64,000 nucleotides of DNA from Chrysomallon squamiferum (Eukaryota; Animalia; Mollusca), in NCBI GenBank assembly GCA_012295275.1, contig CM022670.1:248001-312000 (forward strand), read 5' to 3'. This document shows positions 1-15,139 of this stretch, piece after piece; position 1 is the stretch's first letter, and every line of letters begins with the position of its first letter. The position numbers were made by a program, and so were the translations under genes. The notes beneath the pieces are model-generated. The model saw only the letters and a list, made by a program, of their open reading frames with translations. It was not told the DNA's origin and did not search any database.

Positions 1-659
1 ATTTAGCGGGTTTGTCCTTACTTTAACCTTCTTAATCGTGCCATCAGTTTGTCCTCCAAATTAGGTGATTGATTTGCCATCAGTGATATATTTCATTAGT
101 TTGTCTGCGGAATTACATCTAAGATGTGTGTCTGATGTCATTAATGTTGAACCATTCTGTTTGTCTTTTGAATTACACCGTTTGGTCTGAGGAGCACAAT
201 GTAAGCCAGAGCCAGCTTAGGTCTTGTGTTAGCTAGATAAAAGTTGTCAGCTGAAGCTGAAACTGATGAGTTTTAAAAATACAAGTTTCAAATAGATACA
301 CAATACATTTGTTTTATTATTTTTATACACTTGAGTATGCATGTGCAAACTACAATACATACTAAACATCCTTTAAATATTAAACACACACAGACATACA
401 TGCATTCGGACATATATTCACACACACACACACACTAAAATAGCCAATAACCACCAAGTTTAGCTTGTGGATTCCTGGAACAAAATTCTCATCAACTGAT
501 TCTCTTTTAAACATGTCCGAACACAAAGTCGTTTAATCCATGGACAATTAATCTAAGCAGGATCAATGAAGATTTGATTGATTGTCAGTAATCACTGTTA
601 TTAACTCTTCGGACTGAGTGAAGGTGTGGCAGGCTTATTTACAAGATGTTCTCACTTGC

Positions 660-1430
660 TAAATAATTAATATTACATCACACACTGAAAAATAATTAAT
701 ATTACTTTACCTGATAAACATATATATGTGCAATGAAACTGAATGAATACCTTACATGAAGTGAAATCGTAAGTTGATATATCATTTGCTGTATAATTAA
801 TATTACTTTACATATGGGGGAAAATGATACATGTGCAATGAAACTATTTGAACCATAACCTTATATAAGTGAAATTCTAAACTGATATGGGTATTTATGT
901 TATTGTAGTGTTGAATAATTAATATTTACGAGAGACAGTAATTAATTAATATCGTTTTACAAAAGTATTGAATAGTTGAAATGATATACATACAATTTAT
1001 TTATGATACTGTTGATGTAGATTATCAGTGTAAAACTGACATTCCTGTGTTATATGTAATATTATGTTAATGTATGCATGTATTTGTGTATGTGTGTTAC
1101 ATATTACATATTAATTCTGAATAATTAATATTATTTTACAAATATTTTGAACAATGGAAAAAATAAATTCTTTGTGTGTTATATACAGTTGATATAAGCT
1201 ACGAGAAAAAAATTATGATTAAATATAAAAAGAAATGCTAAATTAATGGCTTTATATTTTAGGGTAATGTTGAATAATTAATACAATTAGCTAATGGATA
1301 CACTATGACATGAAGAACAATGGAAATAATAATATACATGTATGTTTTATATAATTGATATTAGGTATAAAACTAATTAGATAGTGAAATGCTAAGTTAA
1401 TATTTTATGGTACAGTAATTAATTAATACT
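660..1430. repeat. Degenerate ~100-150 bp tandem repeat with ATAATTAATATTA core
   Basis: ATAATTAATA(TTA) recurs near 663, 692, 793, 915, 1121 and 1274. A second motif, GTGAAAT..TAA(G/A)(T/C)T(G/A)ATAT, recurs near 761, 869 and 1384. Confidence 0.6.
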
Positions 1431-2602
1431 GTATTAGATCTGTTTAGAGCAGAGGAATTAATAATAATAATAATAATAATAAAACACATATTTTTGATGC
1501 TTGGGATACCAGCTTTCTGTGAAAAATTGCTGTTCCGAGTTCTCTTCTAAATTATTACATGTATTTATATAATGCATTAGTATGCTTCATAATCATATAA
1601 ATTTGCTCAAGACACTCATTTATTATACAGTGTAAGATTTCATCTTTTAATAATTGTTTTTAGAATTACAGTGTCATAACAATGAACTATCCATTGTTTA
1701 TTGGAAGCAGAGTACTGATATTCAATTAATGTTGAAAATACTTACAGTTTATTGGCATTTTAATTTCATATTATTTTTATTTTGGTATTTTAATGTTGAA
1801 ACTGTGGTAACTGTTAATATTGCTGATGATTTAATAGTGAAACAATAGTAATAGATCACTAATATTTTGCTTAAATTTTGATTTTGAATGTTGAAGTTAC
1901 AGTTGAGTTGTATATAATATCACTATAACTTTTATCTGAGCTGACAACACCAAACAAGATTTATTAAAATGACAATGCTGACGATGTGAAAGCCGCACAA
2001 CAGGATCAATGTATGGAGATATACATCCTGTTATTGACTCCCAGAACACCGTGCAGCCCACAGCACCTCTAAATGATGCATAGACATCAATGGTGGTTAG
2101 TTAATCCACATACAAAAGCTTTTTGCTTGGTTTCATACAAGAGACAGGCTCTTTTCGATTTCAGCTTGTACGAATTTAATATTTCAGCATTTTTACAGAT
2201 TGGGTGTTGATAACAGGCAGGTAATCAATGGTGCTGATTGAAATGTGAATCTTTTGTTTATTGTGCAGTCTCCTCTCACAAGCAAAACTCTTCTTCAGTA
2301 CAACCAATTGATTTCTTTTTCCTTGGTTCCAAATATGGTCGTAATCATGATAGATTGAAAATTAGCCACAGTTTTGAAGTAATTCTTAACCATTTGTGTC
2401 AGATTTTTTGTTTTAATTTTTAAAATTCTTCTTCTTTTTCAAAGTGGATAATTGTGATGATGAATGAATAAAAATTAGTTTCAGTTTCATATTAAATCTT
2501 TTTTCATTAGATGACTGAATGATAATTAGCTATACAGTTTTTATAAAGGTTAATTTACTGCTTCTTTAATACAGGACATTTTTTCTTGGTTATTAGAACA
2601 TA

Positions 2603-2639
<37 letters not shown>

Positions 2640-3362
2640 AAAAGTAAAAAATACAACAAAACAACTCAAACAAACAAACAAAACCCCAAAACATTATTAT
2701 TTATATTTCAACAAAGGATATAATTATTAGAATATAAAATGACCTTTTTGCAAATAATACAACTTTTTAGTATAGAAATGCATTTTTTAAGAATATCCAT
2801 CAATATGTAAATATCATTTATTTCACTGAGAAACTTTTATTTTTTTGTCAGGATTTGTCAACTGATGCTTATTCATGTGTCCTGAAGGAAAATCACTTTA
2901 AACACCAAATAATTTAATAACAGTCACTTTATTAAAAAAAAACTTAATGTAATAAACACTTATGAATCATGTACCAGCAAAAGACTGTTCATAAAAAAAA
3001 AAAAAAAATTAAAATTAAAATTAGAAAGATAAAAAGAAAGAAAGAAAGAACAAATAAGAAAAGGGGAAAAAACAAAAGAAATAATGTATAAAAGCAAGCA
3101 AGCAAAATAAAAAGGTTTGGTACGAGATCTTTAATAAATTAAGTAATGGCAACTAAACACATTTCATTATTAATCATTATTTGTGTAAAACATGATTTTG
3201 TTAAATATTAATTAGGTGTAATAAATTTATACTTACTTACCCATAAACAGTAAAACACTGAGGCTTTTTGGGGGGATATGAAATATATAATGGATGGTTT
3301 GTGTGTACACCGTAATTTAACATCCAGTACCTATCTGTCATTATTTATTTTATTTTGTTTAT

Positions 3363-3404
<42 letters not shown>

Positions 3405-3465
3405 GTTACTATTATTTATTTATTTTTGGCCTGGGGTAATGTTAAACTAAACATTCATTAAAGTA

Positions 3466-3536
3466 GGAGGTGAACAGAATCAGTCCTCCGAACCTTACAC
3501 CTCTGGCAAGTGATCTAACCACTGAACTATAACACC
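3466..3536 (-). mobile_element. Decayed tRNA-derived SINE head
   Basis: The reverse complement reads GGTGTTATAGTTCAGTGGTTAGATCACTTGCCAGAGGTGTAAGGTTCGGAGG, an A-box/D-arm-like TAGTTCAGTGG followed by GGTTCG. The 18-mer TATAGTTCAGTGGTTAGA (3514-3531, - strand) is identical to 31211-31228 (+). Confidence 0.55.
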
Positions 3537-4855
3537 TCTGAACTGTAATGAATGGCATTATGTAAACACCCAGTCATTAAGAAGCAGTGACAAGTGTGCC
3601 AGGGGGGTGAGGAAGTATTTCACAGCAGTTCTACTACATGTGACACCAGACATTATTAATTGTCATTTAACACGAGATGACCAACAGTTATTGAAAGTAG
3701 CAAGGCCAAGACAAACTTAATAAATGCTTCATGTCGACATGCTTATTGGATTCCTTACTGTAATGGGCTTAAGCAATGCAGTGAGGAAAGGCATTTTAAT
3801 TCCATTATGGACCTGTAACTCAAATTAGAGTGGTCGATTTGTTTTTGCTTGACTTAGCAGAAAAAAGAAAAAAAAAAAAAAAAAAAAAAAAAAGTAGCTT
3901 GTAGGTGAGTCATTGGTTGTTGTAGTCTTAAAGTGAAGTTTATTGATTATGTAAAAAAAAAAAAAGAAAAAAAAAAAAATGTTTAAAAGAATAACAAGAA
4001 TTCACCTGAAGAAAGGTAATTAGGATTTTTAATATGTAAAGAAAATTGGGATTTGAATTTCTTTGATTTTAAATCATCTGAGGGTGAATTGTTTTATTAT
4101 TATTTTTTTTTTTTAGAAGTAATACATAAATAAAGTAAATAATAAATCTAATAAAAACAAATAAAATAAATAAATAAACATGTAAATAAATAAGTGAAAA
4201 GTAAATATGTAAATAAATAAATAAGTAAATAAATAAATAAAATGTCTTAACAAACTATTTAAGATTAATTAAAAATATTCTTAATCTGATAATTGTCTTA
4301 AAAATCCACAACCACAAAAGACAGCTTGAACCTTGACATGTACACAATGAATATCTGAATACAAACATACATTCAAAAGATACAAACATACTTAACAAAC
4401 ATACATAAAACACACACACACACACAAAGATAGTCACATTCCCACAAAAAACACATTCACCCCTCCAATCCCTTCTTTTAGCAAATTATTTATAGATCAT
4501 ATTAAATTACTGCAAGTATCAGATAGACATTGCACTGTAATTATCCACAAGGTGGTCTCTTTACACAGGTGGTTTATTAACCAAGGTGATTTAACAGGAG
4601 AGGTCTGATGTTTATCTTTGACATAATAAAAGTGTCACATGTTACAAAAAAAAAAAAAAAAAAAAAAATTGGCAAGTCTGTGGTCACAGGGTTCCAGTCC
4701 CCACAGTGTTAAACAGATTAAAAATCAAGCTACATGTATTGATTTGTGGAGCATTCACTTTGTTGTTCATGTTTATGACTATTTTATGTTGTTTTCTTTG
4801 TTAGAGAGTCAATAACAAAGAGAAATAACTCTCTTTCATTTCTCTCTCATTGCAG

Positions 4856-4949
4856 ATACAAAAATATTGACAAAGTATTGGAAACGTGGATAGAATTACT
4901 GTAATTAATTAATTAATTACTTAACACAAATGGATATTTTATAGCTGTG
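4856..4949 (+). other. Candidate non-coding (5'UTR or lncRNA) exon, 94 nt
   Basis: Strong acceptor ctctctttcatttctctctcattgcAG (AG 4854-4855) and consensus donor TG|GTAAGT (GT 4950-4951). No convincing reading frame. Membership in the teneurin transcript is inference. Confidence 0.4.
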
Positions 4950-5149
4950 GTAAGTAATTTTGATTTTTGTTTTAATAGATAGTTAAAATATTTATAGATA
5001 TATTCTGTATCAGTGTTTTTGGTTCTGTTTTATTTATCATATAAGTAGTCTTTATAAATAGCTTTGTTTAATTTGATTGTGAAATTGTTTTCACTGCATA
5101 AAAAAAATCAATACTGAGGCTACAACCAAACGATTATGTTACAAGTGTA

Positions 5150-5610
5150 TATATTTAGAACACATGATTTGATATTCCTTAAGAAATTCTCTACATAGTT
5201 TTTAGAACAGCAGATGAAATAGATTTTAAGACATTAATATTTTATAATAGAGGATTTAATAAATTTAAAAGAAATACTTTCTAGAATACTGAAAAAAATG
5301 ATTTGATGTTCTTAAAAAGTTCTGTCTATAATTTTTAGAATAAAGGATTAAATAGACTATAATGGCACCAGTTTCCTTAATATTTAGAATACAGGATTTA
5401 AAAGATTTTCTTTTTAATAGATATTTTGTCCATAATTAGAGTAAAGGATTAAATAGATTTTAAATAAGTGTTCTCACTACTGTAAGTAATGTTTAGATTA
5501 GAGGATTTAATTGATTTTTTTTTTGTAGAAATCGTGTCTACAATATTTAGAATAAAGGATTAAATAGATTTTAAATAAATATTGCCAGTGATATGTAGAA
5601 AATAAGATTA
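5150..5610. repeat. Degenerate minisatellite, ~50-55 bp unit (TTTAGAATAAAGGATTAAATAGATTTT core), ~9 copies
   Basis: Near-exact copies of the core at ~5334, ~5438 and ~5546, with diverged copies at ~5155, 5201, 5245, 5383, 5492 and 5596. Confidence 0.75.
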
Positions 5611-8600
5611 TTTATTTCTTACTTCTTTTGGTTTCACATGGTCTTAAAATATTAAATACAACTAAATATTTATTTATACATTTATTTCTGTGTGTGTAAT
5701 AATAATAATAATAATAATAATCATTAAAAGATCAATACTTAATACAATGAGACTTTGTTTTGCTTTCATTCTGATGATTCTGATGACAATCAGCATTTTT
5801 CGTTCCAATTCTTCTTCTTTGGAGAATGAAAATCTACTGACAAAGAGATTTATATGGACTTACCTAATTAAAAATCTGTTTTTAAAAAGATGCAGAATTT
5901 TTTTTTTTTTCCTTATAATTATTTGACTGACATGATCTAGATTTTTAGATTGTTCTTTATGAGTGCAGAATCTTAATCAGAAAAAAAATTAAAAATGTTT
6001 TTTCTTATTTGACATTTTGTTCACTTGACTGATTTTTCAAAATGTCATTTATTTTATTAACTAGTTCTCTGATGAAAATGGCTTTCTTCTTTTTCCTCTT
6101 GCAGGCTTTTTATTCTTTTTCATTTTTTGTTTGGCTAAACACAAAGAGAGACAAGTTCTTCACACCAAATAATTTCCTTCATATACAAGCTATTTATTTA
6201 TAGTTTTGTATCTCTTTGAAAATTATATTAATAAAATACTAAGATGACATTTTGCCTCTTTTTTAGAAGACTTTTCTTGATTCACTGTTACAAAATACAT
6301 ATAAAAATTTAAGCTGATCAAATTAAAATATCATTTTATATAAAATTTCCTCTTAGCATGGTAGCACACACTACTACCACTTAAATACCATCACTACCAT
6401 TAGTCTGTTCCTAACTCTGCTTTTCCTACTACTACTACTAATAAGAAGAATAACAGATAGTTGTAGTGACTGTGATAGTAATATTAATAGTAATTATAAT
6501 AATAACAGTAGTAGTAATAATGACAAATAAATAAAATAATAACAAATAATAAAATATAAAATTTCTAAATTTTAATCATTTCTGTTCTTCTCCAAGCTAA
6601 CATTTATGAACTACATTTCTTACAAAGATTCCATCTACACTGAAAGATATGAAAGCCAGCTGATATCAGTGGTATTGAATGATGTCATAGATAACACACA
6701 ATGGCTGCCTGCCACAGATCAATACACACATTAATCTATACTCCAAAGCTTTGATTGCTTTTGTGTTGTAGGTAATTGATCAGAATGTAGCTGATACAAT
6801 GTTGCAAACGGGTCTAAGGAATATGCAGGTGTAGTAATTTTCATCAAGTAATTTATAATTGCATATAACTGCTTTTTATTCATGTGAATTTAAGTATGTG
6901 TGTAACATGTGTATGCAGATATGGAAGCAAATAGATATATTTAGATATTAATATTCTCATACACAGTCATAACCATACACTTGTAGTCATAAATACACAC
7001 ACAAATGCCCACATGCACATATATACACATATATAGATATAGATTATAGATATAGATATCCAAATGTATACATAGATGTTTCTTGTTCATTATAAATGTT
7101 CAACATCTGACATTAAATGAATATTCATTCATATCTCATAACTGCAGTAACCAGTGAATAAAATAACATTTACTGGAATTTGATTAAATAAAAACACTGT
7201 TCATTTCCACACATCTCTACTGGATTCTCAGAGCAGTTTCACAGAGTGAAACACAAACCTGACAAATAGGCCACTGTACCACTGAGGCAATTCTTCAAGA
7301 TTATTTACACCAGTGTCCTCCAATTAATTACACAGATTTATTAAAGAAACAGCCGATAATTATCATGTGTTGACATGACAGATTTGGACAAGGATTACTC
7401 AAGTCAACTTTGAACATTAATCTACTCATGTTCATTCCGAGCATTAATCTACTCAAGTCTCAGGTGTGTTGGAACTCTGATGTTTCTTCTGTCTTAACAT
7501 CAAATTAGAAATAACAGACTCATCTGTACTGGAGATACATTATTGTCCAGACTTCTGTAAGTTTAAACATTTAAGAACAAAATAATTTTCACATCATGAA
7601 CTAACTATTCAGTGTCCACTGGTCATTAAAGGTGAGGCCTATGAGACTTGCTTATCAAATATGGTATTGTGTTCTTTCCTGAGTACGGGTAGGTGTACGT
7701 GAAAGATTATTTGTTGTTAATCAAAAAATAGAGAAGCATTTCACATTGTTACAACATGTTTTTTCTTTGACTATCTCAAAAGTGTTGACTGCATTATAAA
7801 ATCCTTTAATAGGAAGAAAAAAAGATGGGAAAAACTGGCAAAAATCAGAAGTAATGTCTGTGAAAGAAGCAAAATGATCATCCTCCATGGGTTGAATTAT
7901 CACAAGAAGAGACTGTGTGGTTTTGATGAGGAAAAAAGGGACAAACATTGCCAATAAACCCACACAATATTATCTCAGAGTTAATGAAAATCTTAATTGT
8001 TCAAAAGAATCCCTATCACAACCATTAGCCTGCACTGCAAATCCTCTACATATATTAGTTCTACAGGATAACATTTTCATGTTGATAATATCCAAAGAGT
8101 GCTAACTTGTATAGAACAAAAGTTATATGTCTCTCATGTAAACCACAGTTCAAATGTCTAGTGTTTTATTTAATTCCCTTCAAATACAATGCAAATTGAT
8201 GGGTTTTTTTTACCCCTTTGCATTCTGAAATGCACTGTAAACTGAAGACTTTTATTTATTTATTTATTTTCTGAGTTACTGCACTGACTGCTAATAGCAG
8301 AAAACACTACTGATTGTGTTTGTATGTTTTTTCAGTTAGAGAACAAAGACCACGTGAATCACAATACTGCTTGAAATGTCACTCACTGATTATCTCTGAT
8401 GATTATTGACTTTTCCATTTTAATTGTGGCACTTGCCATTGTTTTATGACATTTGTGACTTTCTGTTTAGAGAGCTCTGCAGTACACAGATAACTGGATG
8501 GTTTATGTTGTCAATAAACAGACATAAAATGTGATAGGTTAACATATTCAGAGACTAGTATATCTTCAAAGATAAGTTTTTATTTAGAACACAGACATTA

Positions 8601-9369
8601 TCTTCAACTGTTGCATACACGGATATTAAGTCAAAGTGGTTTTAGGCAGGTTGTTTTGAATGATCAAATGACTAATTGAACAAATTAATATTGATTCAAT
8701 AATATCTCAGTATGATAGTAGTAGTAGTAGTAGTAGTGGTATGGTACTAGTGGTAGTAGTAGTAGTTCACTTATTACTGTTGTTATTGTTGTTATTACAC
8801 ATTGTTACAGATAGAATATTTCTATCAGTTGCCTTTTATATACAAATGTTTGGAGCTCTAGCTTGAATAGGAAATATTCCATTTTGTTGCATGAAAGAGG
8901 ATTGGTCCTTAAGCCAGATGCTCCTTACTTAAACATACTTTAGGTGCTTAATTTACAGCTAACTTCAAGACCAGCAGTCATTCATCTGATTTTTTCTAAT
9001 GGTTAGCAGAAAAAAAGACTGACATTTTTGCCTTAATAAATTTATTTATATGTTTTGCATTTAGCTTCATTCCAAATATAAAACAGAAAATTTGTTAATG
9101 CTCTTTGTATAGGTCAGATTTAATGAAGAAAGTTAGTTGTACTTGCCACGCGAATGATGAAATAATTGTTTTGAAATGGGTTGAAAGCAAATTGTTGTTT
9201 TCTGCTCTGTAATACTGAGCATATTGCTTTAAAGATGGTAATCATGGTAAGATAGTGGTAACAAACCAGTTGGGTATAGGACATGTAGTTGTAACAGTTG
9301 TAATAATGAGAGTTGAAGCAGAGGTAGTAGTTGTTGTCATAAATAAGTAACAATAGCCAAAGCAACCTA

Positions 9370-9453
9370 TAAGTGTTATTACTGCTGCAAATAGTATTAC
9401 TGCTACTTCTACTTTAACTTTTATTACTTTCACTACTGTAACTACTACTACTA

Positions 9454-9484
<31 letters not shown>

Positions 9485-9580
9485 TGCAACCACTATAACT
9501 ACTACTACAACTACCATCAATACTCCTACTACTACCATTATCACCATTATTATTATGTTGCTATTACTTCTGTTGTCATC
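9370..9580. repeat. (ACT/ATT/ACC)n degenerate trinucleotide low-complexity tract
   Basis: Visible runs of act, att and acc; the source of the spurious V/I-rich ORF 9242-9547. Confidence 0.85.
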
Positions 9581-10039
9581 AACTGTCTATATCTAACTGT
9601 CAACTACCAGCTGGTGTCTTTATTTTTAATCATTATTAATTTAATAAATACTTAATTAGAAAACAGTATATATTCTAGATATTTATTTTTCCACAATAAC
9701 AAAATCAAATATTTTGTCTTTAAAAAAATAAAAAAAAGAAGAAGAAAATAAGATAAATAACAGAAGTTGATGGGGGAAGAAAAAGAAGAATATAAAAAAA
9801 AAAAAAAAAAAAATTAGTAGAGATACACAAGCAGAGATTCTTGGGGTCTCAGAATTCATTTATCTTCTTTCTGGGGATGAGAGAATATGGAGTGAATATT
9901 GATATCACTTCTGATGCAAAGCAGTAAATCACCAGTCACTGTAATAACCCAATCATCACAAATGGATTTCCAATACTTCTTAATTATGGGCTTTGGTGGA
10001 GAGAACAAAATTCTTTCACTTGGTGAGCTCTGCCTCAGA

Positions 10040-10460
10040 ACTAAGGTGATATAAAGTTCTTTATTATCATCATACAAGACATTAGTGAACTCACTGGCCT
10101 TGGTGGATATGGTGGCAACTCATCCTGTTGCTCAGTACAAGACTGAACAGATCCACTTTGACTGATTTTTGGGGAAGTTGTTTTTACAAGAGAGAGATAC
10201 TGAACTTAATCTACCTTTGACAAGGAGGTAGTGGGGAGTGGAGCTGTTGCTGAGTGTCAAAATGTCCTAGTAGAAATGTTGGGAAGTGTGGAACAAATTG
10301 TTACTTAGTATACTTTTAATTTTTGATGGAGGATATAGTGGGGTAATTGCAGGATGTGTTACTGAAATAATCCATCTTGTTGGGGAATGCTCCTCAGTGC
10401 AAAACTAATTAAACTGTCATGCAAAACTTATCCACTTTGGTGGATATTGTAGAGAGTGGG
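10040..10460. repeat. Old degenerate tandem array
   Basis: Recurring motifs: TGTTGCT(C/G)AGT (~10126, ~10245, variant ~10388), ACTGAA....ATC(C/T)A..TTG (~10142, ~10198, ~10361) and TTGGTGGATAT (~10101, ~10437). Confidence 0.5.
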
Positions 10461-13400
10461 AAATGGACTATTGTTCATAATGTTCATAATATCTTAATCA
10501 GTCAAACAGTAGAGTACTTAAATCACAAGTCATATCTGGATCCCCAAAATCATCCTTAATTTGCAAATTTCTTTTCCCATTCCAACTTACCAACAATGAT
10601 GTGTAGCCTACTTCCTTACTGTTTTCCCTGAAAAGCTGCATAGGAAAAGAAAATCTTGATTATTTAAGCAATATAACTGATAGGTAACTGAGAGAATTTT
10701 CTTTTTAAATTATAAATTGTCTTTTCATGGGTATTAAACTATGTACTTAAATTACTGGCTAGAATACTGCAGATATCCTGTTATACCAGTGCTGAAACAC
10801 AGATTCATTTTTATTGCAAACCTATGAACTTCAGACAGGCAATAAAAGATCGCTTCTTGTTGACTCACTTGGCCTGCCAAATGTTACTGAAGAGACAGAA
10901 CATCGCATGCTCTGACTGATGAAATTCTGATATATTTTTTTATCTTTATGTTGTGTGAACAGACAGTTTGGGAAATCAAGCTTGTTGAGATAGATGGAAA
11001 ATGTACCTATTAATGGCAAATAAGTTGCCACTAACCAGCTTCTGCGTCATTAAATTGATTGTGTTTGGTATTGACAAAGCTGTGTTGCTTGATAGATTTG
11101 CAATTGATAATGGCTGGAGATGAAAATATTGATCATCGCCAGCATTGAGTACACACATTTCTGGACAGATGTAAATCGAAAGACTTTTTTTTTCCTAAAC
11201 TATTCTGTTGTAGTGATCCTGAAGAAGCTGACCTTTGAAAATTTACTTACTGTTATTTTTGTGTGGTTTTTTGGTGTAAAATGTAGGATGTATTTATTGC
11301 ATGTCTTTGATGTTTTCAGGTTTTTTTTTTTTACTTACAGTGAGTTCTTTTATCTGTTCCACTCTGAAGATAGAAATAGTTATTGTTTAAGGTGCAAGGT
11401 TTATGGGTTCAGTCTTTTTCCATGGATGCTTTTTTTAGGTTTCTAAAGCATTGATTTAGTATTTTAAAACATTTATCACATAGCAGTAGTAGTAGTAGTA
11501 ATAATAATAATAATACCAAAATTAACAAGAAAATTAATAACAGAAATGACAATAACAAATAAATATTAATGTAATCAGAAAATATGATATAAAAAATAAT
11601 AAGTAAGAATTACATCTTTCATTTATTGTTTTCTAAATCTATGAACAAGAATAATTTTAACCATGTTAGATTTTTTTCAGTGTGATTTTCAAAAACTGTA
11701 CAAACACTTTGAGTGAGGAAGTGTAAGGACAGAACAAACAGATCTGAGTTTCTCTGTGTGTACTCACTTTGTTTTAAACTTTCTCTTTAGCAATGACGTA
11801 ATTCCATCACTCATTGTTGTTCCCTCCTCCACTCCTTTAGGAGCTCTGTGAGAGGACAGTTGCCCATCTCACTATTTCACACTCCTCTGTTAAGTGGACA
11901 GTATTACTTAGAGCTATTGTGCTGTTCCTGGACACATCAAAGCTGGTGCAGGCAAAGAATTGTGATTACGTAATTTGTTCTGTATTGTTTCATAGGTCAG
12001 TGTTTACATTTTGTTGTTCTGGTCAATTCTCTGTTTACAGTTTGCACTGGACAGTTCTGTTTGCAGTTAGTTCTGGTCAGTTTTGTTTTTATCTTCATTT
12101 CTTTCACACTCTTCTCATTTATAAGGTTAGTTTATTGTTTATTTGTTATTTTTCGCTTGTTTTTTTTTTTTGTTGTACGAGTTTATAAGTTTATTACATG
12201 AATGCTGTAAGTTAAATTTTGTTAAATTTTTTTCTTCTTCAGTTTTTATTTTTACATTGTTATTATTTTATTTTTAAGTTATTTCTAATTATTTATATTT
12301 TTTTTTTTTTATGTTTTTAATGCACTATGTCAGTTATAATTATATCAAAGTCTTAATGTTTGTCAAATTAAATATATTTGTAATTCAAAGGTAATAATCC
12401 AAAAGATAATATTCTAAATTGTCAAGATTATGGTGATGTTACTTAGAATAATGTTAAACTTTATTCACCGACAAACATACTGTTATAAAATCTTTCACTT
12501 TTTTCTACTTCATACATTTTTACTATAAATAAATGTACAAATCTTCTTTCAACCCAGCACTTTGTTTGCAGGTACACTATTGCATCTGTGTACCACTGTG
12601 CCTGTCCTGTACCATGTATTTATGCCACTGAAAGCACCTGTGTGCAATAGTGCCTTTATACCATAAATTTGTGCCATGCTGAGCGTATGTTAATTCATCT
12701 GCAGTACACTAAAATAATCTGTAATGAGAATTACTGTGTATCTTCTGCAGAGTTCTTTTAAAAACTCATCTAATAACTCAAAAAGACACTTTCCAGTTTT
12801 CAGGCATTTACAAAAGGAATTGAGTGAATTATTATCTGTTTCAAAAATATGTCTTTAAAGATAATAATACCAAAAAACCAAAAAGAAAGAAAGAAAATAG
12901 AAGTGAGAGATAAAAAGATTTGAACAGAAAGCTGACAGATTTAGGTTAAACAAAATTAGTACTTCCAGTGGAATTTTGCTTTAAACCATAAAAAAAAAAA
13001 AAAAAAGACAAAAGATGAAAATACAAACTAAAAGCCTGAAGAATTTATGAAATCTGGGTCACTTTTTAATGTTTGCTAATTACCAGCCATTAGCATCCAA
13101 TATCATTTACATATGACATCTGATTATCAAATGAACCCAAAACCTTAAATTTTGCTAAATGTTTAATTAAAATATTTTTGAAAAAAAGAAAAGAGATTAA
13201 TAATAAGAATAATATTAAAATATAATGCAATTAAAATATCAGTAATAGTAAATAAATAAATAAATAAATAAAATTAAAAAAAAAGAAAAAGATGTATCCA
13301 GTAATAATATTGGGTTCATTAATATTACATTTCTCTAATGTAATTACAATAATAACAATGTTCACATGACTTGACAAGAGAAACATGGACATGAATATCA

Positions 13401-15139
13401 TCAATCATCAAACTGATTTCACTTCATTAAGATGATATCAATTTTCATTTAGGAAATGGCGCCAGTAGACCTACAGTTTTCAGAAAATAGGTAATATTTG
13501 GACTCCAGGGCATGACCTGGACTGCTGCCTGGAATGGTTATATTGATTTCTGCTAGTGGGGTGTAGCCAAGCATGGGCTGTGTAGATATTATATATCAGC
13601 GTATGATATTCTTTTAAAAGCAAAATGTTTGCTGGTGTTGCACGGTTTCCATTCATGCTTGTAGCAGATTTTCTCGTTTTCAAGATCCTGTTTGCAGTAT
13701 TTGATGTTTTTTTAATGAGAAAGTTTATATATATATATTTTTTAATTATACTGTAAATGCTTTTTTTTTCTTTGTAATTCATTTAATTTGGTTTAGATAT
13801 TAGTGTGTATGTAGAATGAAATAGAGTGATGGACAGTGAGAAAGAGATATATGTGTATGTATGTGTGTGTATATATAGAAGTATAGGAGAGAGAGAGTGG
13901 TGAAAAGGGAGAAAGAGATAAGGAGAGAAAAATACTGATACATAACGTACATGCACTAATGAGATCATTTACGTATCTCTTTATTTTCATTTTTTTTCTG
14001 TCATTCCATTAATTTGTCTCATTAATTTGTTTGTAAATATAGATTGATTTAAAATAGAGATAAAAGTGGGTAGTAAGAAATAAAAATAAAAGCACCTGAA
14101 ATAGAATAAAGGCTGCAGATATTGAAAACACATTTACAAAGTCCATGCTTGTTCATAAACCTGAATAATGACATAATGTGAAATAAAACATGAGATTGAT
14201 CAACAACATCCCTAGATAATTAATTTAAAATTTAACGATGTAATCACTATTTTTAGATATTTTCTACTCAAACAATTGACAACATAAAGCTTATTTCAAA
14301 GGAAACATTTAGATAAAGAAAAGCTGATAAGCCATGCAGTGTAAGTTATTATGTATTTAGAATCACCCAAATAGTATCTCCCCATTATAAATCAAACAAA
14401 TGTTTCATTGAAATTTTCAAAACTACCTAATATTCATAATGGTATATATTTAAAATGAAAAAACAAACCCAAAACCTTTTTCTTATTTTATTTATTTTAT
14501 TTTATTATTTTTTTTTTCAATTTAATTTTCAGTCAGTTATGTATTCAATGACAAATGGCTTTAATTGGTTTGAAATTACTTTCAAATGTCTAAACAGTTT
14601 TGCCAATATATTAGTTTATTTTTGTCATTAGACATCATCAGCAGGAATTCCATAAACCGTTACCAACTACAATAGTTTTGTGGTGCCAGCGTGGCCAAAC
14701 GGCTGGCTGTTGGCCATTGTAAGGTCATCTATCAGATAAGTAATTGCTCAATTATGGCAGAATCTAATCTTTCAAAGATAACTGCACTGTGTAAATTTGA
14801 AATTTGACCAACCTTGGAGCAATTTGTCTGATGGTGACTCCAAGAGTGAAATAAATTTGGATGTTGCCATTAACTGCGACAGAGCAATATATGGTTCCCC
14901 CAAGTCAGCTCAGTAGATCACTAATATGTTTATGTTTCTGTGACTGACACTGGAGATGAAGCAGCCAGGCTGGGGAATTCAGCAAATCAGTGTCTTGACT
15001 GCTTCAGAAACAGTCAGTAGAGATAGAGTAGAAAATACCTGATCAAGTGCAGCAGAGATGTAAATACCTCTGTCAGGTGTACTCCATGTTTATCACCTGT
15101 GTTTGTAGTGTTACCACCTTTATTACCTGCAGTTACAGT

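Noticed and set aside
2199-2220. 22-nt microexon (tttttacAG...GCAG|GTAATC)
   Set aside because: Plausible signals, but too short and common to distinguish from chance without reads.
5150-5610. CRISPR-like repeat-spacer array (also 28165-28625 and 45555-45865)
   Set aside because: Repeats are degenerate, spacers are related to each other, the context is eukaryotic and there are no cas genes; these are minisatellites.
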